Below are positions 26,603-36,358 of a DNA stretch of 64,000 nucleotides, one piece after another (the stretch's first letter is position 1; each line of letters begins with the position of its first letter). The translations under genes and the position numbers were made by a program. Below the pieces are notes generated by a model. The model worked only from the letters and a program-made list of their open reading frames with translations. It made no database searches and was not told where the DNA came from. Source of the stretch: a virus (Duplodnaviria; Caudoviricetes); IMG/VR virus record IMGVR_UViG_3300000968_000002, positions 5,344-69,343 of that record. One strand, 5' to 3'.

Positions 26603-27406
26603 CTAAGACTTAAGCCTCAGATACATTGGTGTATGCTTCAATCTCCGGCTAAGGGCTGCTTTCCCTGAAATATTCGTTGCCGAGTAACCTTCCCCGGCAG
26701 AGGCGTGGTGATAAATTGTGTCATTGCCGAGAAAGACAGCCGCATGATTGTAGGTCTCCCCTACAAAAAGGCGTTTGTTTTTTTTCGATCTCGTTGGCAT
26801 TTTAAACATTATCGCATCGCCGCGACGGACCTCACTTCCGCTAATTCTATAAAACCCAAATGGCTCGAAATGATCTTCGTAAATATTAAGGTCATTACTC
26901 CACCAGTCCCAATCTCGAGCCAAAGGAGGGAGCTCAACGCCTCCACCCTCGATAGCATACCAGTCCCGTATCGCTTCATAACAGTCAGTAACGCCGTGTT
27001 GAAATGCCCGGCCATCGAGAGGCAGCCTTTCGAGCTGATCTCCCCATAGGGACACGGGAGAGCAAGCCGTTCCCTGATAGCAAGCCAACACTCCATGAGG
27101 GATTGCGAGGTCGATCTGACTCTGCATATCCCTCCCGGATGGATAAAATGGTCCATTTGGGTGACTGTGAATTACGCAATCTATTTCATTATCAGCCTGC
27201 ATATTGAAAAAAACCTCAGGGTCTGGCTTTGCTGATCCGTTTGGGTCCTCACTCACATTCTTGATTGGAACGTATTTCCCTTTTGAAATAACACCTATCG
27301 ACTCCTGTGGGTTTTCAGGGTCAACCATAAACGCCTCGCAGGCGTGCTTTTGAGCGTCTTTCATTATCTCAGGCGGCATAAGCTCGGATCGACTAATTCG
27401 TGTCAT
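26603..27406 (-). CDS. Tail assembly protein K-like (JAB/MPN plus NlpC/P60)
   Basis: VIHSHPNG..PSGRD JAB motif; HGVTDCY and NHAAVF. Confidence 0.9.
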   Translation of the reverse strand: MTRISRSELMPPEIMKDAQKHACEAFMVDPENPQESIGVISKGKYVPIKNVSEDPNGSAKPDPEVFFNMQADNEIDCVIHSHPNGPFYPSGRDMQSQIDLAIPHGVLACYQGTACSPVSLWGDQLERLPLDGRAFQHGVTDCYEAIRDWYAIEGGGVELPPLARDWDWWSNDLNIYEDHFEPFGFYRISGSEVRRGDAIMFKMPTRSKKNKRLFVGETYNHAAVFLGNDTIYHHASAGEGYSATNISGKAALSRRLKHTPMYLRLKS

Positions 27407-28119
27407 CGTCTCAGGTCTCCCACTGAAACAAAGCCAAGATAAGGCAGTTTATTTCCTGCTCCGTGACGGTTTACGCACCCTTGAACGTCTTGAGCGCAAG
27501 AGTCCTCAGATGGAGAAGTCACTGGCTCATTATCCTCATTGAAGTAATTATCACCTCTGTAAGGACAGGTTCCATTAATGAATTCTCCATTATCAAAAAC
27601 CCTGTACGAAAATTGACAAGGCCCCTTGATAGCTTGGATGCGCGGAAGGTTTGCATTTGGACGGTCAATGGCCGCCCTTAACTCCCACTGAATAGCTTCA
27701 ATATTGTTGATTTTGCCTGCTGCGGAAACTCGATTGATTACATAGTGCTCTGGCGGATCGTGCTGCGTGGGATCTGCATCTGGCTGACCGTCGAGATATC
27801 GTTCATATGTCACAATTCTTCGAAATGGAGCTCCTGCAAACTGGTTGTTGTTGTCCACCAATGGAGTGAATACATTTCCTGTATTTGCGAGGGCGAATGT
27901 TGGTCTGGCCATGCGACCTTGTGCGCTTATACTCCACCCGCCGGTTTGTATAGGCCAAGGGAAATAAACGTCTCCTCCGAATGAAACTTCATGGTTTGCA
28001 TTTTCGTCACCTTCGTGAACGCGTGTATAGCCTAAACCGTACTCTCTTAAGTCAATCTCAAACAGAACATATCTCCTGCCGAGATTGAGCTGCTGTTCAT
28101 GTGAAATAATTGTGGTCAT
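27403..28119 (-). CDS. Minor tail protein L-like
   Basis: LFEIDL, PWPIQTGG, RPTF.LAN, four C-terminal Cys. Confidence 0.9.
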   Translation of the reverse strand: MTTIISHEQQLNLGRRYVLFEIDLREYGLGYTRVHEGDENANHEVSFGGDVYFPWPIQTGGWSISAQGRMARPTFALANTGNVFTPLVDNNNQFAGAPFRRIVTYERYLDGQPDADPTQHDPPEHYVINRVSAAGKINNIEAIQWELRAAIDRPNANLPRIQAIKGPCQFSYRVFDNGEFINGTCPYRGDNYFNEDNEPVTSPSEDSCAQDVQGCVNRHGAGNKLPYLGFVSVGDLRR

Positions 28120-28122
28120 AAT

Positions 28123-28494
28123 TTAACCGTGATCGAATACCTGATGAACAGGAATTGACAAGCTCGAATTATCAAAGCCCTGAAAAGCCCCACGGAGAAC
28201 TCCGGGACGCGGGCGCCACTTCAATTCTTCTGTCTGACCCTCGGGAGTCCAAAGGATGAAGTCTCCACCAAGGCCCATAAAGTATGTGCGGAGCTGCTCA
28301 TATTGATCGATTGTAATATCGATCCAATTCCAAACCGCTGTCTGTCTTTGCGCGTTTACCGGCTTTTGTTCAACAGAGGCGTAATTGTCTCCCATTACAA
28401 ACTCCTCGTTTCCAAGGTCTTGTGCCTGTGAGAAATTGTCTGAGAGCTCAAGTCTGAGATCGTTATAAAAAACTGTTGGAAAAGTTCTAGCCAT
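28123..28494 (-). CDS. Distal tail protein M-like
   Basis: MGDNY, FILWTPEG; between tape measure and L. Confidence 0.75.
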   Translation of the reverse strand: MARTFPTVFYNDLRLELSDNFSQAQDLGNEEFVMGDNYASVEQKPVNAQRQTAVWNWIDITIDQYEQLRTYFMGLGGDFILWTPEGQTEELKWRPRPGVLRGAFQGFDNSSLSIPVHQVFDHG

Positions 28495-31400
28495 TTGCCA
28501 CTCTTTCATAAATGACCCCGCCCGGGAGGTTTGTTTCTTCTCGGATCACTGTTTCAATGAATGCACGTCCCGCAGCTTCTCCAGCCTCACGTCCTTGAGC
28601 TTCTGCGTTGTTTCCTCCGCCATTCACCTCAACATTAATTTGCTGAACAGTAATGGTTGATCCACCTCGATTTCCTCCGCTTCGATCGTTGGCCGCAAAA
28701 CCTCCCGCGTTTGAAGGTGGACCGCCAACTCGACCGCCGTTCATGAATTTATTGCGAGTAAAGCTTTCGTCATTGATTTGTCCATCATTGATAGCGTTCA
28801 GAAGTCTCAAGCTCTGCTGTGCATTATCAGCCTGAACAACAAACTCGTCACGAGAAAGCATGGCCGCAATACTGTCTGATTTTCGAGAACCGGCTCCACG
28901 CACAACGCCATCAAATCTTTCACCAACTTGACCGCCATCCATAAGCTTAAGGCGCACGGATTGAATGTTGCTGACGATCGAGGCTGTGGCCGCAGCCACG
29001 GTTGCGATAGCAGGTAGGTTTGCCGGGAACGGTATGGCTGCAGCCTGCGCAAGTCCGGTTTGAATAGCAACAATCGATTGCGCGATTGCCGCAGCCTTTT
29101 GTGCGGCAAATGATGCCTTATACAAAGCTGATTGCTCACCCACGGTTGAGGCTAAAATATCAGTTATTGAACTAAATGTGCTTTCAGCGGCAGCAAGTTG
29201 AACTTGAGCGCCTTTTCTTAAAATTTCCTCCTGCCTTTCTCCACTTTGCTTAAAGAGTTCCTCTTTTCGGAGTAGAAATTCTTCCTCTTGAAGAATTTCA
29301 GCATCTCTTAGCTCTCTTAAAACATTAAGCCTCTCTTGAGCGTTGTCACGCTCCTGCTGCAACTCATCTTGAACACCTAAGGACTCCCCGGAGAAGCCGC
29401 CGAATTCATTTGGATTTTGCCCTAATCCACCCCCCTCTTGAGCGCGAGTTTGATTTTCAATATCAATTCTATTCTGCTCAAATGCTGACGGCTCCAGGTT
29501 TCCTCCATTCGAGTTTAAGAATCGATCAATCTCACGCCCTTGATTGGCGAGTGAGTTTTCCTGCAAAGCACGGTTATACTCACCCAAGGAGAGAGCCCCG
29601 TCACGATATAGATCGTTTAAAGTGTTTTGTGTCCGGATAGCCTCTTCGGCAGGAGAGCGAGCATCCTCAAGTATTCTGCGACGACGATCGAGCTCATCGT
29701 TTAACTCAATAGCGCTGCGAATCCACTGAGCCTCTGTGTCGGTAAGCTCTCTTTGCAACTGATTTTCGAGACGTAAAATCTCTGTGGCAATTTCAGCCTC
29801 GATTCCGATCTGTTGATATAGCTCTGCTTGCTGAGCCAAAGAGTCGAGGCGGTCGTTAATTACGGAGCTGTCTCTTAGTGCCTGATTTTCCGCAACAAGA
29901 GACCGCACGCGATCCTCCTCGGCAGGAGTTAACCTGCGCAAGATTTCGCGCTCAAGCTCAAGAACGGCAGATCGAGCCTCTGCCTCTCGAGTGTTTAGAG
30001 ACAGGAGGGAGTTTTCCTCCGTCATAGACTTTACACGATCCTCAATGGCCTGCGCATCAAGAAGCGTCTGCTGACGAGCGATCTCTGCAACCACGAGATT
30101 TCTTTCACGTCCATCTTTAAGATCACGCTCAAGGTCTTTCTCAAAATCGAGAAGCTTGTTCCGGGCCTCGCGAGCGCGCTCGTTAAGTCCAAGCGCCTCA
30201 GTTTCTTTTTGAAGGGCGCGCAGGCGCTCCTCGAAATCAGGTGAGCTGGCTCCGTTATCGTTATCACCGCCGCCTCCACCGCCGCCGCCTTCATCTCTTT
30301 CTGTTGGCTTGTTGAGTTGATTAATAGCATCCTCAAGTCCGAGAATTTCGTTTAGGTCTTCTTTTCTTTGCGCATTGAACTCAAGAATTTTCACCTGATT
30401 TTCAGTCAGCGTTTCGCCTTCTTTTTGAAGCTCGATAATAAGATCAATTTGGTTCTCAAGCTCGGAGTTAGCTTCTGCTAAAAATTCTGCCTCATCCCGT
30501 CTCTCTCTTACAATCCGGGTGTTGTTTCCTCGATTGATCTCGCGTCGAGTCGTCCGAGAGACACCAGTAAGTCGAGACAACTCCTCTTGATCGTTCCCTG
30601 ATTGCGTAGCTTTTGCAACCGCGAGCTGAGCCCGCAAAGATGCCTCATAAGACCTTTGCAGGTCTTTATTTCTGGCAAGTCGCTTAGATATAGCATCGAT
30701 CTCAAGTCGAGCAGCCTCTTGCGCGGAACTTCCTGTCTCAAGAATGGCCTCAGATAAATCCTCATTACGTGAAGCTAAGAGCTCTGTATCTCTCTGGATG
30801 GCGCTCGCATTGCTTCGATAATCCGCTAAAATTCCAGCAGTTCTTTGAATTTCATCTCCGGTGTCTTTGGTTTTGTCTCTCAGCAAGACGTAAGCGCCAG
30901 CTATAGCGGCAATTCCAAGCAAGATAGGGTTTGCTGCCGCAAAAGCGAGAAGGCTAGCGCCAAGGCCGCGTGCTGCTGTCTGCGCGGCAATCATAGCGAC
31001 AGTTGTCCCTCTAAGGGCTGCTGTCTTGGCCAGAAACGCTGTTGTGCTTGCGTGGGCTTGAGTAATCAACGGAACAAACGCCGGAGCAGTTGCTTGAGCG
31101 GACAGGGCTATAAGGGCAAAAAGAAGAATATCTGCATTATCAGCAGCAAATCTAAATGCTGTTGCCAATCCGTCAAACGTGGCCGTTAGAGCGTCTGTCG
31201 CGCCAGCGTTGCCAATTGAGAGGATAAGTCCCTCAAGAGCAGATCGAGCAGAAAGAATGGCGCCATTTAGGTTGTCGTCCATCGTCTCTGCAATACGCTC
31301 GGCAGTTCCTCCCGCGTTCTCGAGACTGCGCGTCATCTCATCCAATGCGCTCCGGGCTCCATCAGATCGACCCGCGACTTGCAGCAGGACCTCTGCCGCC

Positions 31401-32248
31401 GGGCCTCCTCTATCTCCAAAAATCTCGAGAGCCTGTGAGGTTGTAAGGCCTCGCTCGCTCAATAGAGATAGGGCGCTAGAAAGCCCGACACTACTAACCT
31501 TCACGTCGTCCGTTGTAATTCCGAGGCTTCTTAAAATTCTAGCCGCCTCTTTGGATGGGTTCTCGAGGCCCGTCAGAACTCGTCTCAAGCCCGTGCCTGC
31601 GCTTGATCCCTGAATACCAGCGTCAGATAGAGCTCCGATTGCAGCCGTCGTCTCCTCCAGTCCAACACTTAGACCGCTAGCAATAGGCGCGACAAACGAC
31701 ATTGCATTACCAAGCTGTTGAACGTTTGTGTTGCTGGAGTTTGCTGCAAGAGCGAAAACGTCAACAACGCGCCCGGTCTGATCTACCTCAAGCCTCATGC
31801 CCTGCAATGCGTTTGATGCGATATCGGCCGCAGAGCCAAGCCCAAGCCCGCCAGCCTGAGCCAGGTTGAGCGTTCCTCCGATTGCTCCAAGTACCTGATC
31901 TGCATCAAAACCCGCGCGCGCGAGGAAAGCCATGCCCTCTGCTGCCTGTGAGGCGCTAAATCGTGTCGTCCGCCCTAACGTCTCGGCTGTTGCCTGTAAT
32001 GCTACAAATTGGGTTTCTGTGGCCTGCGTGATCGCTTTAACGGTAGACATTTGCTGAGAGAAATCAGCAAGAAGTGTTACCGATCGAGAAATCGCAACCG
32101 ATACACCTGCCCCCGCGAATAGTGCGAGCATTGTCTTTTGTAGAGCACTGGCCTCAGTTCTAACTCCACGAAGCTCTCGCCTGACCCGCTGCGAGCCTGC
32201 TGCTGCGTTTCTAGGATCGACCCGAACATCAATAGGATATGAAGGCAC
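28487..32248 (-). CDS. Tape measure protein (TP901 family)
   Basis: TTRFSASQAAEG..LARAGF, NTNVQQLGNAM..VAP, GIQGSSAGTGLR; long helical composition. Confidence 0.95.
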   Translation of the reverse strand: MPSYPIDVRVDPRNAAAGSQRVRRELRGVRTEASALQKTMLALFAGAGVSVAISRSVTLLADFSQQMSTVKAITQATETQFVALQATAETLGRTTRFSASQAAEGMAFLARAGFDADQVLGAIGGTLNLAQAGGLGLGSAADIASNALQGMRLEVDQTGRVVDVFALAANSSNTNVQQLGNAMSFVAPIASGLSVGLEETTAAIGALSDAGIQGSSAGTGLRRVLTGLENPSKEAARILRSLGITTDDVKVSSVGLSSALSLLSERGLTTSQALEIFGDRGGPAAEVLLQVAGRSDGARSALDEMTRSLENAGGTAERIAETMDDNLNGAILSARSALEGLILSIGNAGATDALTATFDGLATAFRFAADNADILLFALIALSAQATAPAFVPLITQAHASTTAFLAKTAALRGTTVAMIAAQTAARGLGASLLAFAAANPILLGIAAIAGAYVLLRDKTKDTGDEIQRTAGILADYRSNASAIQRDTELLASRNEDLSEAILETGSSAQEAARLEIDAISKRLARNKDLQRSYEASLRAQLAVAKATQSGNDQEELSRLTGVSRTTRREINRGNNTRIVRERRDEAEFLAEANSELENQIDLIIELQKEGETLTENQVKILEFNAQRKEDLNEILGLEDAINQLNKPTERDEGGGGGGGGDNDNGASSPDFEERLRALQKETEALGLNERAREARNKLLDFEKDLERDLKDGRERNLVVAEIARQQTLLDAQAIEDRVKSMTEENSLLSLNTREAEARSAVLELEREILRRLTPAEEDRVRSLVAENQALRDSSVINDRLDSLAQQAELYQQIGIEAEIATEILRLENQLQRELTDTEAQWIRSAIELNDELDRRRRILEDARSPAEEAIRTQNTLNDLYRDGALSLGEYNRALQENSLANQGREIDRFLNSNGGNLEPSAFEQNRIDIENQTRAQEGGGLGQNPNEFGGFSGESLGVQDELQQERDNAQERLNVLRELRDAEILQEEEFLLRKEELFKQSGERQEEILRKGAQVQLAAAESTFSSITDILASTVGEQSALYKASFAAQKAAAIAQSIVAIQTGLAQAAAIPFPANLPAIATVAAATASIVSNIQSVRLKLMDGGQVGERFDGVVRGAGSRKSDSIAAMLSRDEFVVQADNAQQSLRLLNAINDGQINDESFTRNKFMNGGRVGGPPSNAGGFAANDRSGGNRGGSTITVQQINVEVNGGGNNAEAQGREAGEAAGRAFIETVIREETNLPGGVIYERVANG

Positions 32249-32251
32249 AAC

Positions 32252-32608
32252 TTACTCCGTTTCAGGTTTCTTTTTACCTTTTCCACGGAATGTAGCACGC
32301 GATTGGTCTCTTTGGTAGCCCGCGTGCATGGCTTGAATACAATCCCAAAAAATAGGCCACATGCGCTTATGCCGGCCACTTGCTTTAAATCGCTTTCGCG
32401 CAATGCTCCACCGGATTTGACCGTCCGGGGATCTGTCTGTGAACAAGTCCCAATAGGCCCGAAAAAGCCAAAGTGTTCCACGTGGAACATCTGGCCTCTC
32501 AAGATACCAGTCAGGGAGGGGGCGTCCTTTAGTGATTGCGCCCTTTACTTGCCTTTTGTTTCGGCTGTAGCGCCCTTCCCATTCGATGACTCGCCCGAGA
32601 GCTTTCCC
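32252..32608 (-). CDS. Tail chaperone T segment, reached by -1 frameshift (G-T fusion)
   Basis: -1 frame open from slippery site to stop at 32252: GKALGRVIEWEGRY..PLPDWY..RAYWDLFTDR. Confidence 0.8.
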   Translation of the reverse strand, partial: GKALGRVIEWEGRYSRNKRQVKGAITKGRPLPDWYLERPDVPRGTLWLFRAYWDLFTDRSPDGQIRWSIARKRFKASGRHKRMWPIFWDCIQAMHAGYQRDQSRATFRGKGKKKPETE

Positions 32609-33144
32609 AGCGTCTCATCCTCCTCGTTCTTGCGCTCCTGCTCGATCGCCTCATCAAGACTATCGAGGTCAAACTCATCAAGATCATCGAGATCGGATAG
32701 ATCAAATTCATCTGCTTCGTCTTCGATTTTTGGGCGGTCCGGGAGGAAGTTAGCGCTACTGCGAATCCAGCCTCGAAGTGAGTCCTGATAACGAACAGGC
32801 ATTGCGACGAGAAAATCAAAGCAGTCTGACTTTGTGAATTTTACCGGATCGCCTTTAGTGTCAACGACGCCGGTCCAACCTGTAGCACAATATTTAGCAA
32901 ACATAGCCATATCTTCACGGCGCGCGCGCTTCATTTCTTTTTTGGGGTTAACCTTCCCCTTGCGGTTTGCGTCCTTACCTTTTTTTTGTGCAAATAAGAG
33001 TGAGGCGTCCGCATAGTCATCATTTCCCTCAAGTGCCGGGAGAAACATAATCTCGACCACGCCCGCGATAAGTTCAAACTTGAATGGCTTTGGTGTTTTG
33101 TTGTCGACCTCAAGGCCTTTAATAAGGTGGTCAAATTTAGACAT
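32545..33144 (-). CDS. Tail assembly chaperone G
   Basis: Between tail tube and tape measure; TGWTGV..G..VKFT motif. Confidence 0.8.
   Translation of the reverse strand: MSKFDHLIKGLEVDNKTPKPFKFELIAGVVEIMFLPALEGNDDYADASLLFAQKKGKDANRKGKVNPKKEMKRARREDMAMFAKYCATGWTGVVDTKGDPVKFTKSDCFDFLVAMPVRYQDSLRGWIRSSANFLPDRPKIEDEADEFDLSDLDDLDEFDLDSLDEAIEQERKNEEDETLGKLSGESSNGKGATAETKGK
32602..32608 (-). other. Programmed -1 frameshift site G GGA AAG
   Basis: Same heptamer as lambda G/T, in the X XXY YYZ register of the G frame. Confidence 0.85.
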
Positions 33145-33210
33145 GTGGAGCTCCGAGAGTTGCTTTTCGCCTCTCTGCCCCGAAATATGTGCCTTGTCTA
33201 GTCAGTCTCG

Positions 33211-33249
33211 AAAAATAGAAAACCCTCGCTTGGTGGGTTCAAGCGAGGG
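33211..33249 (-). terminator. Rho-independent terminator after tail tube gene
   Basis: CCCTCGCTTG/CAAGCGAGGG stem then T-rich run. Confidence 0.8.
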
Positions 33250-33294
33250 CGCGACGATAAATCTGCTAATGTGGGACTAGCTGATTTATATCAT

Positions 33295-34806
33295 CTAGGC
33301 AGCACAAGGCTTTTTCGGTAAGAGCGGAAAGACTGTAATCGCCAAACAAGCCCCGTCACGATCCTCATTGTAAGCGTAGCCAGTTGTTGAAATCGTAACA
33401 CTTTCATTTTCCGGGAAGCTCCGATCGCCGCCCTCGAGGCCAAGCCTCGGAATATGAAAATACATTCCGCCGTCATCATTCCAAATCGGGAACCGGAGCG
33501 AGAGCTCGCCATCACAAGCAATCGTTTCGATAATGTCCGAATTGCTAAAGATTGCAGTATATTCCGCCGAAACCTCGAGGTTCCCGATATTGATCTGGCT
33601 CGGGACAAGTGTTCCTCGAACCTTCCGGGCGGCTGCGCCATTGGCAATCGTTAAGGTGAAGTCATCGAAATCAGTCATCAGATTTGAGCCATCATCTTTT
33701 TTGATAGCAAACTGAACAAGGTCAACATTTGTTGCAAACTCGGCTGTTGAGTTTAGCGGGGCAGCATCAGTATGACCGTTTTGAGCGATTGTGCTGGGGC
33801 GAGTTGTCTCTGTGCCGACAAAGCCGAATGTAACACTGGCGAACTCATCCTCCAGCGCGATACTCATGGAGTCGCAGGCGTTGTCTTTTGCATATTCATA
33901 CTTCGTCACATCAGGGTCTGTGAACTCTGTTGATAAGCCAAAGGTGTAGAAAACGCGCTCAAAGTTCACATCTCCGATCGGATAGTTTCGGAGGTAAGGG
34001 CCAAACAGAATGTCGATTTGAGTGTCTGCTCCCGCATCCGCAGCATATGTCCGGTCACGATTGTAAAGCGTTATCTTGTTGGCAGCAATCTCTTGGACTT
34101 GCGCAAATCCGTGAGTGTCCTCCTCGGCAAACCCATTCACGTCGTCCGTTCCGCCGATGTAAATTGCCTGATCTACAACAAGGCCAAGAGTGGTGAGATC
34201 AAGCGTGGTTGATATCAGGTTTCCATCTGCGTCAATCGCAAGATCACCAGCCGCACCGCGCACACCAGCGATATATGCATCGACGCGACGATTTGCCGGG
34301 ATCGACTCTGCGGTAAGGCCTGTCAGAGTGATCGCTGTAGCCCCTGCTGCGACCGCCGCACCGAGAAGGAACTCGCCCCGGGTTGTCTGGTTCGCTACGG
34401 ACCGCAGACCTTTGAGGGCAAAGATAGTGGTGGCCCCTCCAGATTGGATTGTCGCGGCCACGGATGCACTAACAGGATCGACCGTAATGGTGTCTGCCGC
34501 AATACCAGTCACACGCATTGAAGCCGGGCCTGTGGCTTTTCCGTAAAGGAAGGCTCCACCAAACTCGAGCATTGAATCCACATCGAGATTTGCAGCAAAC
34601 TCAACACCACTGTCTTTAGCCGTGACACGTTTCTGACGAGGGTTTCGGTTTCGGCTAATCCGTGTGGGCTCTGACTTGGTGTAAGTCTCGCCAAATTGAG
34701 AGAGCTCTGATCGCTCCATCACTCGGAACTTTGCAGGGTCCGCGAGGGGCTGCTTAAATCCTGTTTGCCTCGTGTATACGAGTTCTGTGCTGTTTGTATC
34801 GGTCAT
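33295..34806 (-). CDS. Major tail tube protein
   Basis: Position; SEPTRISRNRN, FTLTIAN, SAEYTAIF tube-family motifs. Confidence 0.8.
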   Translation of the reverse strand: MTDTNSTELVYTRQTGFKQPLADPAKFRVMERSELSQFGETYTKSEPTRISRNRNPRQKRVTAKDSGVEFAANLDVDSMLEFGGAFLYGKATGPASMRVTGIAADTITVDPVSASVAATIQSGGATTIFALKGLRSVANQTTRGEFLLGAAVAAGATAITLTGLTAESIPANRRVDAYIAGVRGAAGDLAIDADGNLISTTLDLTTLGLVVDQAIYIGGTDDVNGFAEEDTHGFAQVQEIAANKITLYNRDRTYAADAGADTQIDILFGPYLRNYPIGDVNFERVFYTFGLSTEFTDPDVTKYEYAKDNACDSMSIALEDEFASVTFGFVGTETTRPSTIAQNGHTDAAPLNSTAEFATNVDLVQFAIKKDDGSNLMTDFDDFTLTIANGAAARKVRGTLVPSQINIGNLEVSAEYTAIFSNSDIIETIACDGELSLRFPIWNDDGGMYFHIPRLGLEGGDRSFPENESVTISTTGYAYNEDRDGACLAITVFPLLPKKPCAA

Positions 34807-34828
34807 GATCTAAGGTCTCCTGATCTCG

Positions 34829-35275
34829 CTATTTCTTTTGCCTGTAATGGAAAAACACTTCACATAAAAGCACATTATATCGACCCGTTTCATCAAGGCC
34901 CGCTTCACGGCAGCCAACCCGGGGGAAAGACGAGTCGATTCCGTCTATATTCCTACCCTCAAACATACGCTCGAGAGCCTCTGTCAATTCATCCATTCTA
35001 GCGCTTCCGATATCAATCGGGAGGGAAACTTTAATGGTTATCGTTCCTGTGCGGACATACCTACGGTGGTTTTTTCCGCCATGTGACCGTTGATAGCTTG
35101 GTGCGTGCTGTATTTCTACTTTCGCCCACTCCGGCAGACCGATGAACTTAGCCGTTGGCTTCATTGGGTACGCAACCGGAACCCGCATCGGCTTCTCAAA
35201 TTCATCCCGGATTCGGTTGAGGACCTTCTTTTTAAAGTCGTTCCTGACGCTTACCTGTGTGCCGCTAGTGCTCAT
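34829..35275 (-). CDS. Tail terminator-like protein
   Basis: Position upstream of tube; RTGTITIKVSLP.DIG pattern. Confidence 0.65.
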   Translation of the reverse strand: MSTSGTQVSVRNDFKKKVLNRIRDEFEKPMRVPVAYPMKPTAKFIGLPEWAKVEIQHAPSYQRSHGGKNHRRYVRTGTITIKVSLPIDIGSARMDELTEALERMFEGRNIDGIDSSFPRVGCREAGLDETGRYNVLLCEVFFHYRQKK

Positions 35276-35680
35276 TTACAGACCTGATCTCTTTGCTGCG
35301 ACCGCTTTCGCAATACTAAACTGAACAAATCCAGCAGGCGCCTGCTTGCTGTGACCGTCATTCAATCGACCTATATATGGCACATTATTGCTTACGAAAA
35401 TAGGTCCTTGATCTATCCGGTAAGATGCAGCGATCGAAAAAAGCTGACTTTCCGCAGACGAGGCCAATGAGGAGGCCAAACCGCTTGTGGTTTCTACGTC
35501 CTTAAGATTGGCGCGATATGGAGTTGTGACCTGCGGAATCCAGTTCGCTCGCGCCCAGCCGAGATCAAGAGGTGTTGCCTCTATCAACTCGGCAGAGACC
35601 TCGAAGACAAGCCCCGTGATCTCTCTGGCAATAAACCGATCCATACCATCAAGAACAACCTCGAGAGGATCGCGCGGCAT
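35276..35680 (-). CDS. Neck/tail completion protein (HK97 gp10-like)
   Basis: TPLDLGWARANW, SNNVPYIGRLNDGHSKQAPAGFV. Confidence 0.8.
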   Translation of the reverse strand: MPRDPLEVVLDGMDRFIAREITGLVFEVSAELIEATPLDLGWARANWIPQVTTPYRANLKDVETTSGLASSLASSAESQLFSIAASYRIDQGPIFVSNNVPYIGRLNDGHSKQAPAGFVQFSIAKAVAAKRSGL

Positions 35681-36280
35681 TTACTCTTCTTCTGACCCAC
35701 TTTTGCCAGTAAGAACAAGCTCTGCCAGAACGGCTGCGATCTTGTTTATACCTAGCCGGCCATTGACTGTGCCGCCACGAGACCTGATCTGCTCGATAAG
35801 GATCGCTTTTTCTGCATCTTGAGCAGCGGTAACGGAGCCATCTTCACCAACAACAAGCATCGCCTTAGCAGCTTCGTCGTCAATCAAGTTTTCATCCTGA
35901 ATATCGATATTGATAAACATAACCTTTTTTAGTCCTTCGCGTTGAGCAGCCTCATCAGCAAACTCAACCTCATCGAGACCGTGCATCTCAAGAAGCTCTG
36001 CGAGCTCCTCTGCGCTCAATGCGTCAACATCGACGGACAAGCCCTCTGTTTCGTCAGATTGCTTTGTCTGAATAGGGTTGAATTCATCGAGATAAACAAC
36101 TCTGCCAGTGCGATACCAAAGAGCGCGAGTTTGCAATGTTGTGCATTCCCGATCGATAGGCTCGCCCGGGTGAAAGGTCTTGCCTGCGGTGTTGATATTC
36201 CGACGGCGTGGTGTGAGATCGCGCTCGTCGTCAAACTGTCTGCGAGATGAATTTCCGATTTCTCTTTTGCGGCGTGTCAT
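35681..36280 (-). CDS. Hypothetical head-neck protein
   Basis: Co-oriented ORF after capsid gene. Confidence 0.55.
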   Translation of the reverse strand: MTRRKREIGNSSRRQFDDERDLTPRRRNINTAGKTFHPGEPIDRECTTLQTRALWYRTGRVVYLDEFNPIQTKQSDETEGLSVDVDALSAEELAELLEMHGLDEVEFADEAAQREGLKKVMFINIDIQDENLIDDEAAKAMLVVGEDGSVTAAQDAEKAILIEQIRSRGGTVNGRLGINKIAAVLAELVLTGKSGSEEE

Positions 36281-36302
36281 AAGTATTGTCCTTGTGGTTA
36301 CT

Positions 36303-36334
36303 AAAAAGCCCCGCGAGCATAACCCGCGAGGCTT
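36303..36334 (-). terminator. Rho-independent terminator after major capsid gene
   Basis: 12-bp stem with G-U pairs, TTATG loop, T-run. Confidence 0.75.
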
Positions 36335-36358
36335 GAATTGTCATCCCTGTTCCGAGTC

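Noticed and set aside
32529-32819. 96-aa ORF overlapping chaperone G as a possible T segment
   Set aside because: It is the +1 frame and stops at 32529; the -1 frame gives the proper T segment
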